A stretch of 64,000 bases of DNA from Clostridia bacterium (GTDB taxonomy: Bacteria; Bacillota; Clostridia; Oscillospirales; CAG-272). Both the position numbers and the translations under genes were made by a program. Positions 18,623 to 28,483 of the stretch are shown here, one piece after another. Under the pieces are notes generated by a model. That model searched no databases. It was not told the origin of the DNA and saw only the letters and a list, made by a program, of their open reading frames with translations. Location: contig JAGATA010000039.1 of the NCBI GenBank assembly GCA_017621475.1, positions 30,108 to 94,107 of the forward strand, written 5' to 3'. How positions within the stretch are numbered: the first letter of the stretch is position 1; every line of letters begins with the position of its first letter.

Positions 18623-18643
18623 TTTTTATAGGAGATAAAGATA

Positions 18644-19285
18644 ATGGATATCAACAATCGTATTTCCGAGATCGGCGTTGTGCCGGTCATCAAACTTTCC
18701 AACCCTGAACGCGATGCGGCTCCCCTTGCAAAAGCTCTTACAGCAGGCGGCGTTCCCGTTGCAGAGGTTACTTTCCGTGCAGCAGGTGCCGACACAGCTA
18801 TCCGTCTTATGAAGGAAGCTTGCCCCGATATGCTCGTTGGTGCAGGCACAGTTCTTACAACAGAACATGTGGACAAGGCTATTGCGGCAGGTGCAGAGTT
18901 TATCGTAACACCCGGTTTTGACCCTGAACTTTGCGCTTACTGCGCTGAAAAGGAAATTGCTATTTACCCCGGATGCACAACTCCCACGGATTACCACGCG
19001 GCTCTTAAATTCGGTCTTAAAGTGCTTAAATTCTTCCCGGCGGAACAGTCCGGCGGTCTTGCAAAGATCAAGGCAATGAGCGCTCCTTTCCCTATGTTTA
19101 AGGTTATGCCAACAGGCGGCATCTCCCTTAAAAACCTCAAAGAATACCTCTCTTGCCCCGTTATCTGCGCTTGCGGCGGTTCTTATATGGTAACTGCAGA
19201 TCTCATCGAAAACGGCAAGTGGGATGAAATTACAGACCTTTGCAAAAAATCTTGTGAAATAGTTAAGGAGGCCCGCAATGGCTAA
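18644..19285 (+). CDS. eda: 2-dehydro-3-deoxyphosphogluconate / 4-hydroxy-2-oxoglutarate aldolase
   Basis: 213-aa ORF with VPVIKL...GGVPVAEVTFR...GAGTV motifs, in the uxuA-kdgK context. Confidence 0.9.
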   Translation: MDINNRISEIGVVPVIKLSNPERDAAPLAKALTAGGVPVAEVTFRAAGADTAIRLMKEACPDMLVGAGTVLTTEHVDKAIAAGAEFIVTPGFDPELCAYCAEKEIAIYPGCTTPTDYHAALKFGLKVLKFFPAEQSGGLAKIKAMSAPFPMFKVMPTGGISLKNLKEYLSCPVICACGGSYMVTADLIENGKWDEITDLCKKSCEIVKEARNG

Positions 19286-20300
19286 AATAGTTACTTTCGG
19301 CGAGCTTATGCTCCGCCTTTCCCCCAACGGTTATTACCGTTTCTTCCAGAACGATCAGCTTCAGGCTACTTTCGGTGGCGGCGAAGCTAACGTTGCAGTA
19401 TCCCTTGCAAACTACGGTATGGAAAGCGTTTACGTTACAAAGCTTCCCAAGCACGCTATCGGACAGGCTGCTGTTGACTCTCTCCGTTATTTCGGTGTTG
19501 ACACATCCAAGATCGTTCGCGGCGGCGACAGAGTAGGTATCTACTACCTTGAAAAAGGCGCTTCCCAGCGCGGCTCCGTTTGCATCTATGACCGCGCTCA
19601 TTCCGCTATCCAGGAAGCAAGCGCTTCCGATTTTGATTGGGATGCTATCTTTGAAGGCGCAGATTGGTTCCATTTCACAGGTATTACTCCCGCGCTCGGT
19701 GCGAACGTAGTTGAGATCTGCCGTGATGCTTGCAAAGCGGCAAAAGCAAGAGGCGTTAAGATCTCCTGCGACCTTAACTACCGTGGCAAGCTCTGGACAC
19801 GCGATGAAGCTCGCGCAGCTATGACAGATCTTTGCCAGTATGTTGATGTATGTATCGCTAACGAAGAAGACGCTAAAGACGTGTTCGGTATCGAAGCTGA
19901 AGACACGGACATCTACGGCGGTAAGCTCAACCACGAAGGCTACAAATCCGTTGCTAAAAAGCTCGCTGATACATTTGGTTTTGAAAAGGTTGCCATCACG
20001 CTCCGTACTTCCATTTCCGCAAACGATAACGACTGGGCAGGTATGCTTTACGACGGCGAAAACTATTGCTTCTCCAAGTCTTATCACCTCCACATCGTTG
20101 ACCGTGTAGGCGGCGGCGACTCTTTCGGTGGCGGTCTTATCTACGCACTTTTGAACGGCAAGACAACGCAGCAGGCTATTGAATTTGCTGTTGCCGCTTC
20201 TGCCCTCAAGCACTCCGTTGAAGGTGACTACAACCGTGTTACTGTTGCGGAAGTTGAAAAACTTGCCGGCGGTGACGGTTCCGGCCGTGTACAGAGATAA
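19278..20300 (+). CDS. kdgK: 2-dehydro-3-deoxygluconokinase (PfkB family)
   Basis: 340-aa ORF with FGGGEANVA and VDRVGGGDSFGGGL motifs. Confidence 0.85.
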   Translation: MAKIVTFGELMLRLSPNGYYRFFQNDQLQATFGGGEANVAVSLANYGMESVYVTKLPKHAIGQAAVDSLRYFGVDTSKIVRGGDRVGIYYLEKGASQRGSVCIYDRAHSAIQEASASDFDWDAIFEGADWFHFTGITPALGANVVEICRDACKAAKARGVKISCDLNYRGKLWTRDEARAAMTDLCQYVDVCIANEEDAKDVFGIEAEDTDIYGGKLNHEGYKSVAKKLADTFGFEKVAITLRTSISANDNDWAGMLYDGENYCFSKSYHLHIVDRVGGGDSFGGGLIYALLNGKTTQQAIEFAVAASALKHSVEGDYNRVTVAEVEKLAGGDGSGRVQR

Positions 20301-20323
20301 ATTCTGATAAGAATATTATTTTA

Positions 20324-20354
20324 ATTACTCCCGTCAAAAGGCGGGAGTAATTTT
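20324..20354 (+). terminator. terminator
   Basis: TTACTCCCG/CGGGAGTAA stem followed by a T-run. Confidence 0.6.
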
Positions 20355-20374
20355 ATCTTGCAGGAGGATTTATT

Positions 20375-20698
20375 GTGGAAGATACGGTAAGAGTAATTAT
20401 TGACCGTCCTAAAGGCAGCGTTCATCCAAAACATAAAAACATATTTTACGAGATAAATTACGGTTTTATACCCAACATTTTTGCACCCGATGGGGAAGAA
20501 CAAGATGCGTATATAATAGGCGTTAGCGAACCTTTAAAAGAATTTACAGGAAAAGTTGTTTCTATAATACATCGTCGGAATGACGTTGAGGATAAATGGG
20601 TGGTAGCTCCCGAAGATATGAGCTTTACAAAAGAAGAAATATGGGAAGCTGTTAAATTCCAGGAACAATATTTTGAAATTGAAATAATTTTAAAATAA
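20375..20698 (+). CDS. small inorganic-pyrophosphatase-like protein
   Basis: 107-aa ORF with a GTG start. The YGFIPN..DGEEQDAYIIG pattern resembles the PPase fold. Confidence 0.5.
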   Translation: MEDTVRVIIDRPKGSVHPKHKNIFYEINYGFIPNIFAPDGEEQDAYIIGVSEPLKEFTGKVVSIIHRRNDVEDKWVVAPEDMSFTKEEIWEAVKFQEQYFEIEIILK

Positions 20699-20815
20699 AT
20701 AATTCTTTTCTCAACTCTCGGTTGGATAGAACAAAAACGCCTCTATTGTTTCAAACCGTTATTTGTGCTACAATAAAGACAACGGTACCGAAAGAATATT
20801 TTTTGGAGGTTCTAT

Positions 20816-21673
20816 ATGAACGATAATAAGATTTCCACAAGGATTGCAGAATTGCGTCGAGAGAAAGGACTAACGCAGGAAGAGCTTGGTGCGCTCGTAG
20901 GAGTTTCGGGACAGGCAGTTTCCAAATGGGAAAGCGGCGGTATGCCCGATGCGGTTCTTCTGCCGCAAATTGCATCTGCACTTGGCTGTAGCATAGATTA
21001 TCTTTTCGGTTGCGAAAAAAGCGTGCAGGATATAAGTAGGGATGAACTCTACGACATCGTTTTCAAAAATTTAAGCGGAAAGATTTCCCAAAAAGAGATA
21101 TGCTCTGTGCAAATAGAGATTGCTTGGATACTGCAATGCGCTTTCTGGGAATATGAAAAAAGAGTTCCTATGAAAGAAGCTATGGATTATCATTCCGAAT
21201 TTGCTCAGGTTTCTTCACAGAATATAAGTGATTATGGTGTTAACTATTTTTCACTCACGCACGGGTTCCCCATATTTTACGCCGTTCCCGAAAATGAAGG
21301 AATATCGAAAAAGATATTGTCAGAAGCGGATTTTTCCGAATTTTTCTCCCTCTTTTCCGATGAGGAGGCATTTAAGGTCGTGATATTTACCCTTACGGAA
21401 AAACCGGAAGCTAAAAGATGCACCGCAAAGGTATTTGCAGAGAAAGTGGGTATTACCGAAGAAAAATTCCGCGAGCTTTGCCCAAAACTTAAAAAATTTG
21501 GTTTTATCAATGAGGAAGTTCTTTCCCTTGACGATGAAAGCATAAAGACGTATCATACTTGGGCAAACCCGCAGATAGTACCTATGCTTATGATAGCGCA
21601 CGAATATATACACAAAAGACAGTGCTATTATAATTTTACCTGTAACAGAAAAAAGCCGTATCTCGATAAATAG
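20816..21673 (+). CDS. XRE-family HTH regulator with a ~210-aa C-terminal domain
   Basis: RIAELRREKGLTQEELGALVGVSGQAVSKWESG. Confidence 0.75.
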   Translation: MNDNKISTRIAELRREKGLTQEELGALVGVSGQAVSKWESGGMPDAVLLPQIASALGCSIDYLFGCEKSVQDISRDELYDIVFKNLSGKISQKEICSVQIEIAWILQCAFWEYEKRVPMKEAMDYHSEFAQVSSQNISDYGVNYFSLTHGFPIFYAVPENEGISKKILSEADFSEFFSLFSDEEAFKVVIFTLTEKPEAKRCTAKVFAEKVGITEEKFRELCPKLKKFGFINEEVLSLDDESIKTYHTWANPQIVPMLMIAHEYIHKRQCYYNFTCNRKKPYLDK

Positions 21674-21678
21674 TTTTG

Positions 21679-21704
21679 AAGGGCGCGTATGCGCCCTTTT
21701 AATT
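21679..21704 (+). terminator. terminator
   Basis: AAGGGCGC/GCGCCCTT stem followed by a T-run. Confidence 0.6.
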
Positions 21705-21783
21705 TTATTATTGCAATAGATCTGATAATGTGGTATTATAAAAACAAGATTTGAGATTGAACGCATTTTCAAAGGGGATTTTT

Positions 21784-21972
21784 ATGAATATTATAAAATT
21801 CGAAACAGGAAATATTCTGGAAATGAGAAAACCGCATCCTTGCGGCGGAAGTTGTTTTGAGGTGCTTCGCACTGGTTCGGACATAAGAATAAAGTGTGCC
21901 ACTTGCGGCAGAGATATGACTTTGCCACGAGTGAAGCTGGAAAAGAGCATAAAGAAAGTTTTTAACGAATAA
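21784..21972 (+). CDS. DUF951-family small protein
   Basis: MRKPHPCGG..FEVLRTGSDIRIKCATCGR pattern. Start placed at ATG 21784. Confidence 0.7.
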   Translation: MNIIKFETGNILEMRKPHPCGGSCFEVLRTGSDIRIKCATCGRDMTLPRVKLEKSIKKVFNE

Positions 21973-22175
21973 ATGCGACGATTTAAAGCCCCTCGTTTTG
22001 TGTAAAATACATAAAATTATCGCGTTTTGATAATTTATTTTAGAATACTCTTGAAAAAAATCAAAAAAAAGTGTATTATATTCATAAGAAAGAAGGCATA
22101 CTCCCAAACGGAGCGGTTTGCGACGGAAAAGCCGTATTGCCTCTGTATATCTCCGTCGAGAAAGTTGGTTAAGTT

Positions 22176-22583
22176 ATGCTTAAAATGATCGTTGGTGTTA
22201 AAGGCACCGGTAAAACAAAAACTCTTATCTCTATGGTAAACGCCGCTACGGAACTTTCTTCCGGTGCAGTAGTTTGTCTTGAAAAGGGTACTAACCTTCG
22301 CTTTGATATTAAATATCAGGCAAGACTCATCAACGTTGAAGAATACTCTCTTGTTGATGCTCAGTCTCTTTACGGTTTCATCGCCGGCATCCACGCTTCC
22401 AACAAGGATATAACACACATTTTTGTTGACGGTACTTACAGAATCTGCAACAAGAATATTACTGAGTTTGAAAAATTCGTTCTCGAATGTGCTAAATTGG
22501 CTGACGAAGCTGACATCAATATCGTTATGACAGTTTCTATGCCTGTTGAAGATATTCCCGAAAGCGTTAAAAAATATATGTAA
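22176..22583 (+). CDS. hypothetical small P-loop protein
   Basis: 135-aa ORF with a Walker-A-like GVKGTGKT at residues 7-14. Confidence 0.5.
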   Translation: MLKMIVGVKGTGKTKTLISMVNAATELSSGAVVCLEKGTNLRFDIKYQARLINVEEYSLVDAQSLYGFIAGIHASNKDITHIFVDGTYRICNKNITEFEKFVLECAKLADEADINIVMTVSMPVEDIPESVKKYM

Positions 22584-22729
22584 TCAAGGTTATATTCCTA
22601 AAAACGACGGTACATAAAAGTATCGTCGTTTTTATTTTTTCTAAAAATATTACTCAAAAAGCCAACCTTTTTAACTCTCCGAAAGACTAATATGTGAAAT
22701 TCGAATTTCCGAAGAAAGGAAAATAAAAC

Positions 22730-24520
22730 TTGAAAGAAATAGAAAAATCGATGCTTTTTGACGGCACAAATAAAGAGTTTGAAAACATCGTGGAGAAGAA
22801 CAAGCTTTTGCTGTACAGCGTGGTTTACGGTATCGCGGGAGGCGCGGACGCGGACGACATCGTGCAGGAAACCTTTATCCACGCTTACTATAATTACGGA
22901 ATGCTCAAGGATAAAGAAAAAATATCTTCCTGGCTTTGCGCCATAGCGCGTAACAAGGCGTACGATGCGGCAAAGCGGCTTTCTCGTACAGTTTCAATGG
23001 ACGACCTTAGTATGCGTGCACACTCCAATTCCCCCGAAAACATATTTTTGCGCCGAGAGAAAAGCACGGAGATAATGGAGAAAATAACGGCGCTTCCCGA
23101 AAAATACCGCGAGACCGTTTTGCTTCATTATTTTGCCGAGAAAAGTATTGCGGAAATTTCACAAATATTGGACTTGCCCGAGGGAACGGTAAAATTCCGT
23201 CTTTTTGAGGGGCGCAAGAAACTGAAAAAGGAGCTTATACATATGATGAATGAAGAAAAGAAATTTATCGAACGCAAAAATATTTGGGAAAAAATCAAAA
23301 ACAGCGTAAAAGAGGCCAATGACCTTATACGGAAAAACGATACAAAGAACGCAAGCAACATATGCGATGAATATTTGAATGAAGAATACGACCTGAAATC
23401 TCTTTCAAGGTCGGAGCTGGAGATACTCGACCGTCTTTACGGCGCGAAATTCAATGCGGTGCGTCACGTGGAAGGTCTTGAAAAATGCATGAAATATCTT
23501 GAAAAGCACATGGAAATAGCAGAGATATTGGGTGGAGAAATAGGAATGATGAACGCCTACAGCCTCTATTCCACAGAGCTTTCCAATTTAGGCAATGCCG
23601 AAAAATGCGAAGAATACAGAGCCAAAGCCGCAGAGATAGCAAAGAAGCTTGGAAACGCCAAAGACCTAGCGGACTCTCTCTATTGGCAAGCAATGGACCT
23701 TTTAGGAAGAACAGATGATAACGAAGCAAATGAGAAACTGATAGGAGAGGCTCTTGAAAAGCTTGAAAGCGGGCTTTCTTATGAAGACGTGCTCATGCAG
23801 AGCGATTCAGGGAAAGTGACGTACGCTCTTCTTCTTGCCGCGAAAAAAGCTATCGTACGAACAAGGGATATCGCTAAAACAACGGGACAAGTTTCCACGG
23901 TACCTATGATAAGAAAAACGGAAGAGGGATATTTTCTTGCAGGTCAGCCAGGCTTTAGTATGGGGAAATATTGCGACTTCGTGTTGAGGGACATATTTTA
24001 CTTCGTGAATATGATAGAACCCTCTCTTTGCGAGGGGATAGAGGAGGGATACACTTTCCAAAAGAATACGTTCTCTTTTTCTCACGAACCTGTTAAAACG
24101 GTTTTCGAGGTTGTGTCGATGGCGGAAGCTTATGAAACGCCTGCGGGCATTTTTGAAAACTGCCTGCACACAAGATATACAAACGAAACGAGCGAAAACC
24201 GTAACTTCCGCAGAAACGGCGTGAGCGACTTTTGGTTTGCATCCAACGTAGGAATAGTAGGCTATCATTTCAAAGCGATAAGCGACGTCGAAATGACGCT
24301 TAAGCTTTTGGAATATAAAGTTACACCCTCCGAAAAAGAGGGTAAGTGCGCGCTTTATCTTCCTCTTGAAATAGGGAACAGCTGGAGCTATCAAACATAC
24401 GGTGCGGACGGCAAGCCGTTCGAGAAGGTTGATTACGAAAACACTTTCGAGGTCATCTCAAAACTTGAAAAAGGCGATGTTACGCTTATTGCGCACAGCG
24501 GTTGGATATGCGAAAAATAA
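22730..24520 (+). CDS. ECF-type sigma-70 factor fused to a ~400-aa C-terminal extension
   Basis: Region 2 reads DDIVQETFIHAY...WLCAIARNKAYD. Region 4 reads YRETVLLHYFAEKSIAEISQILDLPEGTVKFRL. A helical-repeat and beta-rich region follows. Confidence 0.75.
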   Translation: MKEIEKSMLFDGTNKEFENIVEKNKLLLYSVVYGIAGGADADDIVQETFIHAYYNYGMLKDKEKISSWLCAIARNKAYDAAKRLSRTVSMDDLSMRAHSNSPENIFLRREKSTEIMEKITALPEKYRETVLLHYFAEKSIAEISQILDLPEGTVKFRLFEGRKKLKKELIHMMNEEKKFIERKNIWEKIKNSVKEANDLIRKNDTKNASNICDEYLNEEYDLKSLSRSELEILDRLYGAKFNAVRHVEGLEKCMKYLEKHMEIAEILGGEIGMMNAYSLYSTELSNLGNAEKCEEYRAKAAEIAKKLGNAKDLADSLYWQAMDLLGRTDDNEANEKLIGEALEKLESGLSYEDVLMQSDSGKVTYALLLAAKKAIVRTRDIAKTTGQVSTVPMIRKTEEGYFLAGQPGFSMGKYCDFVLRDIFYFVNMIEPSLCEGIEEGYTFQKNTFSFSHEPVKTVFEVVSMAEAYETPAGIFENCLHTRYTNETSENRNFRRNGVSDFWFASNVGIVGYHFKAISDVEMTLKLLEYKVTPSEKEGKCALYLPLEIGNSWSYQTYGADGKPFEKVDYENTFEVISKLEKGDVTLIAHSGWICEK

Positions 24521-24626
24521 ATTTGTGTCAACAGGGCATCTTCCATCATAAAATACGGTAGGAGAGAAATTCATTCTCTCACCCCCGTATTTCGGGGCTA
24601 TCTTACTTTCGAAAGGAAGATGTTTT

Positions 24627-25475
24627 ATGCCTGAAAACAGAAATATATCTTGCACGGGTGTAGAATTCGGACGCGATACGGTTTATATAGATACAAACAG
24701 AATTCTTGATTGCTGCCGCGATAAAGACTGTTTTGAGGATGCAACCGTATATATCGCCGCCCCCTGTGCAGACATTTTGCAATCTTGTGTAAATATAAGG
24801 ACGAAAAGCGCGGAAATTATCGCCGCCAATATCGGCGTTGACGAAATTGCGTTCAACCCGGGATTTTTCCAGATAAACATAAGGATGTTCTTGAAAATTA
24901 AATTTGAAGTTTGCCTTGGTAACGGAAGATCGGATGAGATATACGGTCTTTGCGTTCTTGACAAAAGCGTTATTCTTTTCGGCAGCGAGGGTAGTGTCAG
25001 CATCTTCAAATCCCGTTCCGATAACGATACCTTCTGCGCAGGAATACAGACGAATAAAAAACGCACAAATCTTCCCACAGCTGTATTCGAGGTAGCTTCT
25101 CCCGTTGTGCTCAATACAAAGGTTACGGAGCTTTTGCCCGGTATGAGATGCGGCACTTGCCCCTGCGACATTCCGGAATGTATTGCGGATTGTTTCGACG
25201 GTTGTATGAATTTTTCTTCCAACTTACCTCGAATGATAACGGTTTCTATTGGAATTTTCTCCGTCGTGCGTCTCGAACGCCCCGGTCAGTATCTTGTTTC
25301 GGGAACGGAATATGCAGTTCCCGAAAAGGTTTGCCCGCCCGACACGCCCAACGACCCTTGCGATATGTTCAGAAGAATGAGCTTTCCCGTAAATGAATTT
25401 TATCCTCCATCGGCAGAGCTCTGCCATACGAAGCCGCAGAGCCCGGGTACGTGCGGATGCAAAGGAAAATCATAA
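24627..25475 (+). CDS. hypothetical cysteine-rich protein
   Basis: 282-aa ORF with clustered Cys (DCCRDKDCFED, CGTCPCDIPECIADCFDGC, GTCGCKG). Confidence 0.55.
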   Translation: MPENRNISCTGVEFGRDTVYIDTNRILDCCRDKDCFEDATVYIAAPCADILQSCVNIRTKSAEIIAANIGVDEIAFNPGFFQINIRMFLKIKFEVCLGNGRSDEIYGLCVLDKSVILFGSEGSVSIFKSRSDNDTFCAGIQTNKKRTNLPTAVFEVASPVVLNTKVTELLPGMRCGTCPCDIPECIADCFDGCMNFSSNLPRMITVSIGIFSVVRLERPGQYLVSGTEYAVPEKVCPPDTPNDPCDMFRRMSFPVNEFYPPSAELCHTKPQSPGTCGCKGKS

Positions 25476-25482
25476 AGCTGTT

Positions 25483-25515
25483 AAATCCACCGTGAAAACG
25501 GTGGATTTTTCTTTT
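25483..25515 (+). terminator. terminator
   Basis: AAATCCACCG/CGGTGGATTT stem followed by a T-run. Confidence 0.65.
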
Positions 25516-25697
25516 GTAAAAGAATGAAACACTTTGGGAATTTTCGCTTTCACCGAGTTTTTCCAAGCTGAATTATAAATTTACAACCTTGTGAGATGTA
25601 TCAAAAATTTACAAAAAAATCGACATCTCTTTTATGCAGTATATCGCATTTTTGTATGCGGTGGCATACATTTTTGATAAAATTTCAAAAAAATATA

Positions 25698-25726
25698 TTG
25701 ACCCTTTATATATTAAGAGTTATAAT
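25698..25726 (+). promoter_or_regulatory. sigma-A-type promoter of the atp operon
   Basis: TTGACC, 17 nt spacer, TATAAT. Confidence 0.55.
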
Positions 25727-25785
25727 AATATATAACGTATCTGAAAAGATATTTTAACGGCAGAAACGGAAGGAGGTAATTGAAA

Positions 25786-26166
25786 ATGAAGAAAATAGAC
25801 CCGAACATTCTGAAAGAAACTATATATATCGGCACGATAGCCTTCTTGTTCAATGTCGTTATGCAATCTGTTTTCCTTATAATAGGAAAATGGGATATAA
25901 CGATTTTGCTCGGAGGTCTTTTGGGATTTATAGCTTCGGTTGGGAATTTTTTTCTTATGGGGTTATCTGTACAGTCCGCTGTGAATAAAGATGAAAAGGA
26001 CGCGAAAACTACAATGAAGCTTTCGCAGAGCTTGCGCCTTTTGCTTCTTTTCGTTATAGCGGTAATAGGTTACGTTGTTCCCGTGTTCAACATAATCGCG
26101 GTTATAATTCCGTACATCTTTCCCAGACTTGCAATCGCGCTTACGCCGCTGTTAAGAAAGAAATGA
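25786..26166 (+). CDS. atpI: ATP synthase protein I
   Basis: Small 4-TM protein, first gene of the atp operon. ATG 25786 lies 9 nt after AGGAGG. Confidence 0.7.
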   Translation: MKKIDPNILKETIYIGTIAFLFNVVMQSVFLIIGKWDITILLGGLLGFIASVGNFFLMGLSVQSAVNKDEKDAKTTMKLSQSLRLLLLFVIAVIGYVVPVFNIIAVIIPYIFPRLAIALTPLLRKK

Positions 26167-26190
26167 TTTTTTATCTCAAAATGAAAGTAG

Positions 26191-27096
26191 GTGATGCTTT
26201 TGAGAAAAAACAGTTTAAAATTCAGAATAATCGATATTTTTTATATCGTTATGATGATTTTTCCATTGGTTTTCGGAATTGTCGTTAACGTTCTTACAGA
26301 GCCGCAGACGGAAGGAATAACAATAACCGGTGCGCGCATATTCTTTACCATACCAATGCCGATACAGGATTTTCCTATAACGGAATCTCAGCTTAATTCG
26401 GCGCTGGTAATGGTAACGCTGTTTTTCCTTTGCCTTTTCTTAACACACGGTCTTAAAGAGCATATAGAGCTTAAAAGACAGCATTTGGCGGAAATGATAG
26501 TGGAAAAGGTTGATGCTCTTGTTGCAGAGAATATGGGCGAGCATTTCAAAGGATATTCCGCATTTATTATAGCGATACTTGCTCTTTCGGGCTTTTCAAG
26601 CCTTATGTCTCTTTTAGGTCTTTTCCCACCGACGTCTGACTTAAACATCGTTGGCGGTTGGGCTATACTCGTTTTCATCTTGATTACATATTACAAGATG
26701 AAATGCGGTTTTCTCAATTATTTAAAAGGATTTACACAGCCCGTTGCGCTTCTCGCGCCGATAAATTTTATAAGTGAATTTGCTACGCCCATATCTATGG
26801 CTTTCCGTCATTACGGAAATGTGCTTTCCGGTTCTGTTATATCGGTACTTTTGGGTACGGCACTTGCAGGGCTTTCTTCTATGGTCCTCGGCGCTCTCCC
26901 CGGATTTTTGGCGGACATTCCGCTTTTTCAGATGGGTATTCCCGCTGTACTTTCCATCTACTTCGATGTATTCAGCGGATGTTTGCAGGCGTTTATTTTC
27001 GCTATGCTAACAATGCTTAACGTTTCGGGTGGTTTTGATATTGAAACATACGAAAAACGTAAAGCAAAAAAACTTGCTAAAAAAATTAAAAATTAA
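26191..27096 (+). CDS. atpB: F0F1 ATP synthase subunit a
   Basis: Polytopic protein with the conserved AFRHYGNVLSG arginine motif. Confidence 0.9.
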   Translation: MMLLRKNSLKFRIIDIFYIVMMIFPLVFGIVVNVLTEPQTEGITITGARIFFTIPMPIQDFPITESQLNSALVMVTLFFLCLFLTHGLKEHIELKRQHLAEMIVEKVDALVAENMGEHFKGYSAFIIAILALSGFSSLMSLLGLFPPTSDLNIVGGWAILVFILITYYKMKCGFLNYLKGFTQPVALLAPINFISEFATPISMAFRHYGNVLSGSVISVLLGTALAGLSSMVLGALPGFLADIPLFQMGIPAVLSIYFDVFSGCLQAFIFAMLTMLNVSGGFDIETYEKRKAKKLAKKIKN

Positions 27097-27102
27097 AATT
27101 AA

Positions 27103-27414
<312 letters not shown>

Positions 27415-27452
27415 TCTGTAGTATTTCTGTTTTGGAATAAAGGAGTGAAACT

Positions 27453-27953
27453 ATGCAAACCCTGGACGTTATATCGGTAAATCTATGGCAGCTCTTGGTT
27501 TCGCTTGTTAATCTTGTTTTGTTGTTTTTGATCGTTAAAAAATTCCTTTATAAACCGGTCAAAAAAATGCTCGAAACTCGTCAGAGTAATATCGAGGGGC
27601 AGTATGCTGCCGCAGATGAAGCAAAAAAACAGGCTTTTGCCGACAGAGATGCTTATGAACAGAAATTATCTTGTGCAAAAAGCGAAGCGGACGGCATAAT
27701 TCAATCTGCTGTTTCAATTGCAAAAGCAAGAGAAAAAGAGATCGTGGCTGCCGCAAGATCAGATGCAGAAAGCATTATGCGTCAAGCGGAAGAACAGGCG
27801 GCTCTTGAAATGAGAAAAGCAGAAGGTGTTATCAAAGAAGAGATCGTGGACGTTTCCACAAAGCTTACGGAAAAGCTTTTGGAACGTGAAATAAACTCCA
27901 AGGATCACAAGAAATTGATAGATTCCTTCATTGATGAAATAGGTGACGAATAA
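27453..27953 (+). CDS. atpF: F0F1 ATP synthase subunit b
   Basis: N-terminal TM helix plus a long charged helix; operon position. Confidence 0.85.
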   Translation: MQTLDVISVNLWQLLVSLVNLVLLFLIVKKFLYKPVKKMLETRQSNIEGQYAAADEAKKQAFADRDAYEQKLSCAKSEADGIIQSAVSIAKAREKEIVAAARSDAESIMRQAEEQAALEMRKAEGVIKEEIVDVSTKLTEKLLEREINSKDHKKLIDSFIDEIGDE

Positions 27954-28483
27954 TGACGGAAATCAGTAAAGAGTATGCAGTGGCTCTCTTTATGCTTGCC
28001 GCCGAAAACGGTCTTGTTAATGAATACAGCGCGCAGCTTAATGATATAAAAGAATTGGCAAAAGAAAATCCGGACTATGTAAATATCCTGGAATCTCCTG
28101 CCATCCCTCTTTCCGAAAGACTTGCTCTTGTTGATGCGGCTTTTTCGGAAGAATATTACGAATATATCGTATCTTTTATAAAATTGCTCTGCGAAAATAG
28201 ACACATACGCAGTTTGTGTGCTTGCATAGACGAATTTATCGAGCTTGCAAGAGTTGCTCAAAACTGTGTTGTTGCTACTGTATATTATGTTGAACCGCTG
28301 ACAAAAGCGCAAAAGGATAAGCTTATTTTGAAGCTTTCTAAAATCAGCGGTAAAAAAGTAGAAGCCGTTTATGTGGAAGATAAATCACTTATCGGCGGTA
28401 TAAAGATTCAGCTCGACGACAAGTTGCTGGACGGCAGCCTGTCAGGTCGCCTCAATAAGGTAAAGGGAGTGATAAGCGAATGA
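27953..28483 (+). CDS. atpH: F0F1 ATP synthase subunit delta
   Basis: 176-aa OSCP-like protein ending LIGG..I..GD...DGS. TAATG overlap with atpF. Confidence 0.85.
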   Translation: MTEISKEYAVALFMLAAENGLVNEYSAQLNDIKELAKENPDYVNILESPAIPLSERLALVDAAFSEEYYEYIVSFIKLLCENRHIRSLCACIDEFIELARVAQNCVVATVYYVEPLTKAQKDKLILKLSKISGKKVEAVYVEDKSLIGGIKIQLDDKLLDGSLSGRLNKVKGVISE

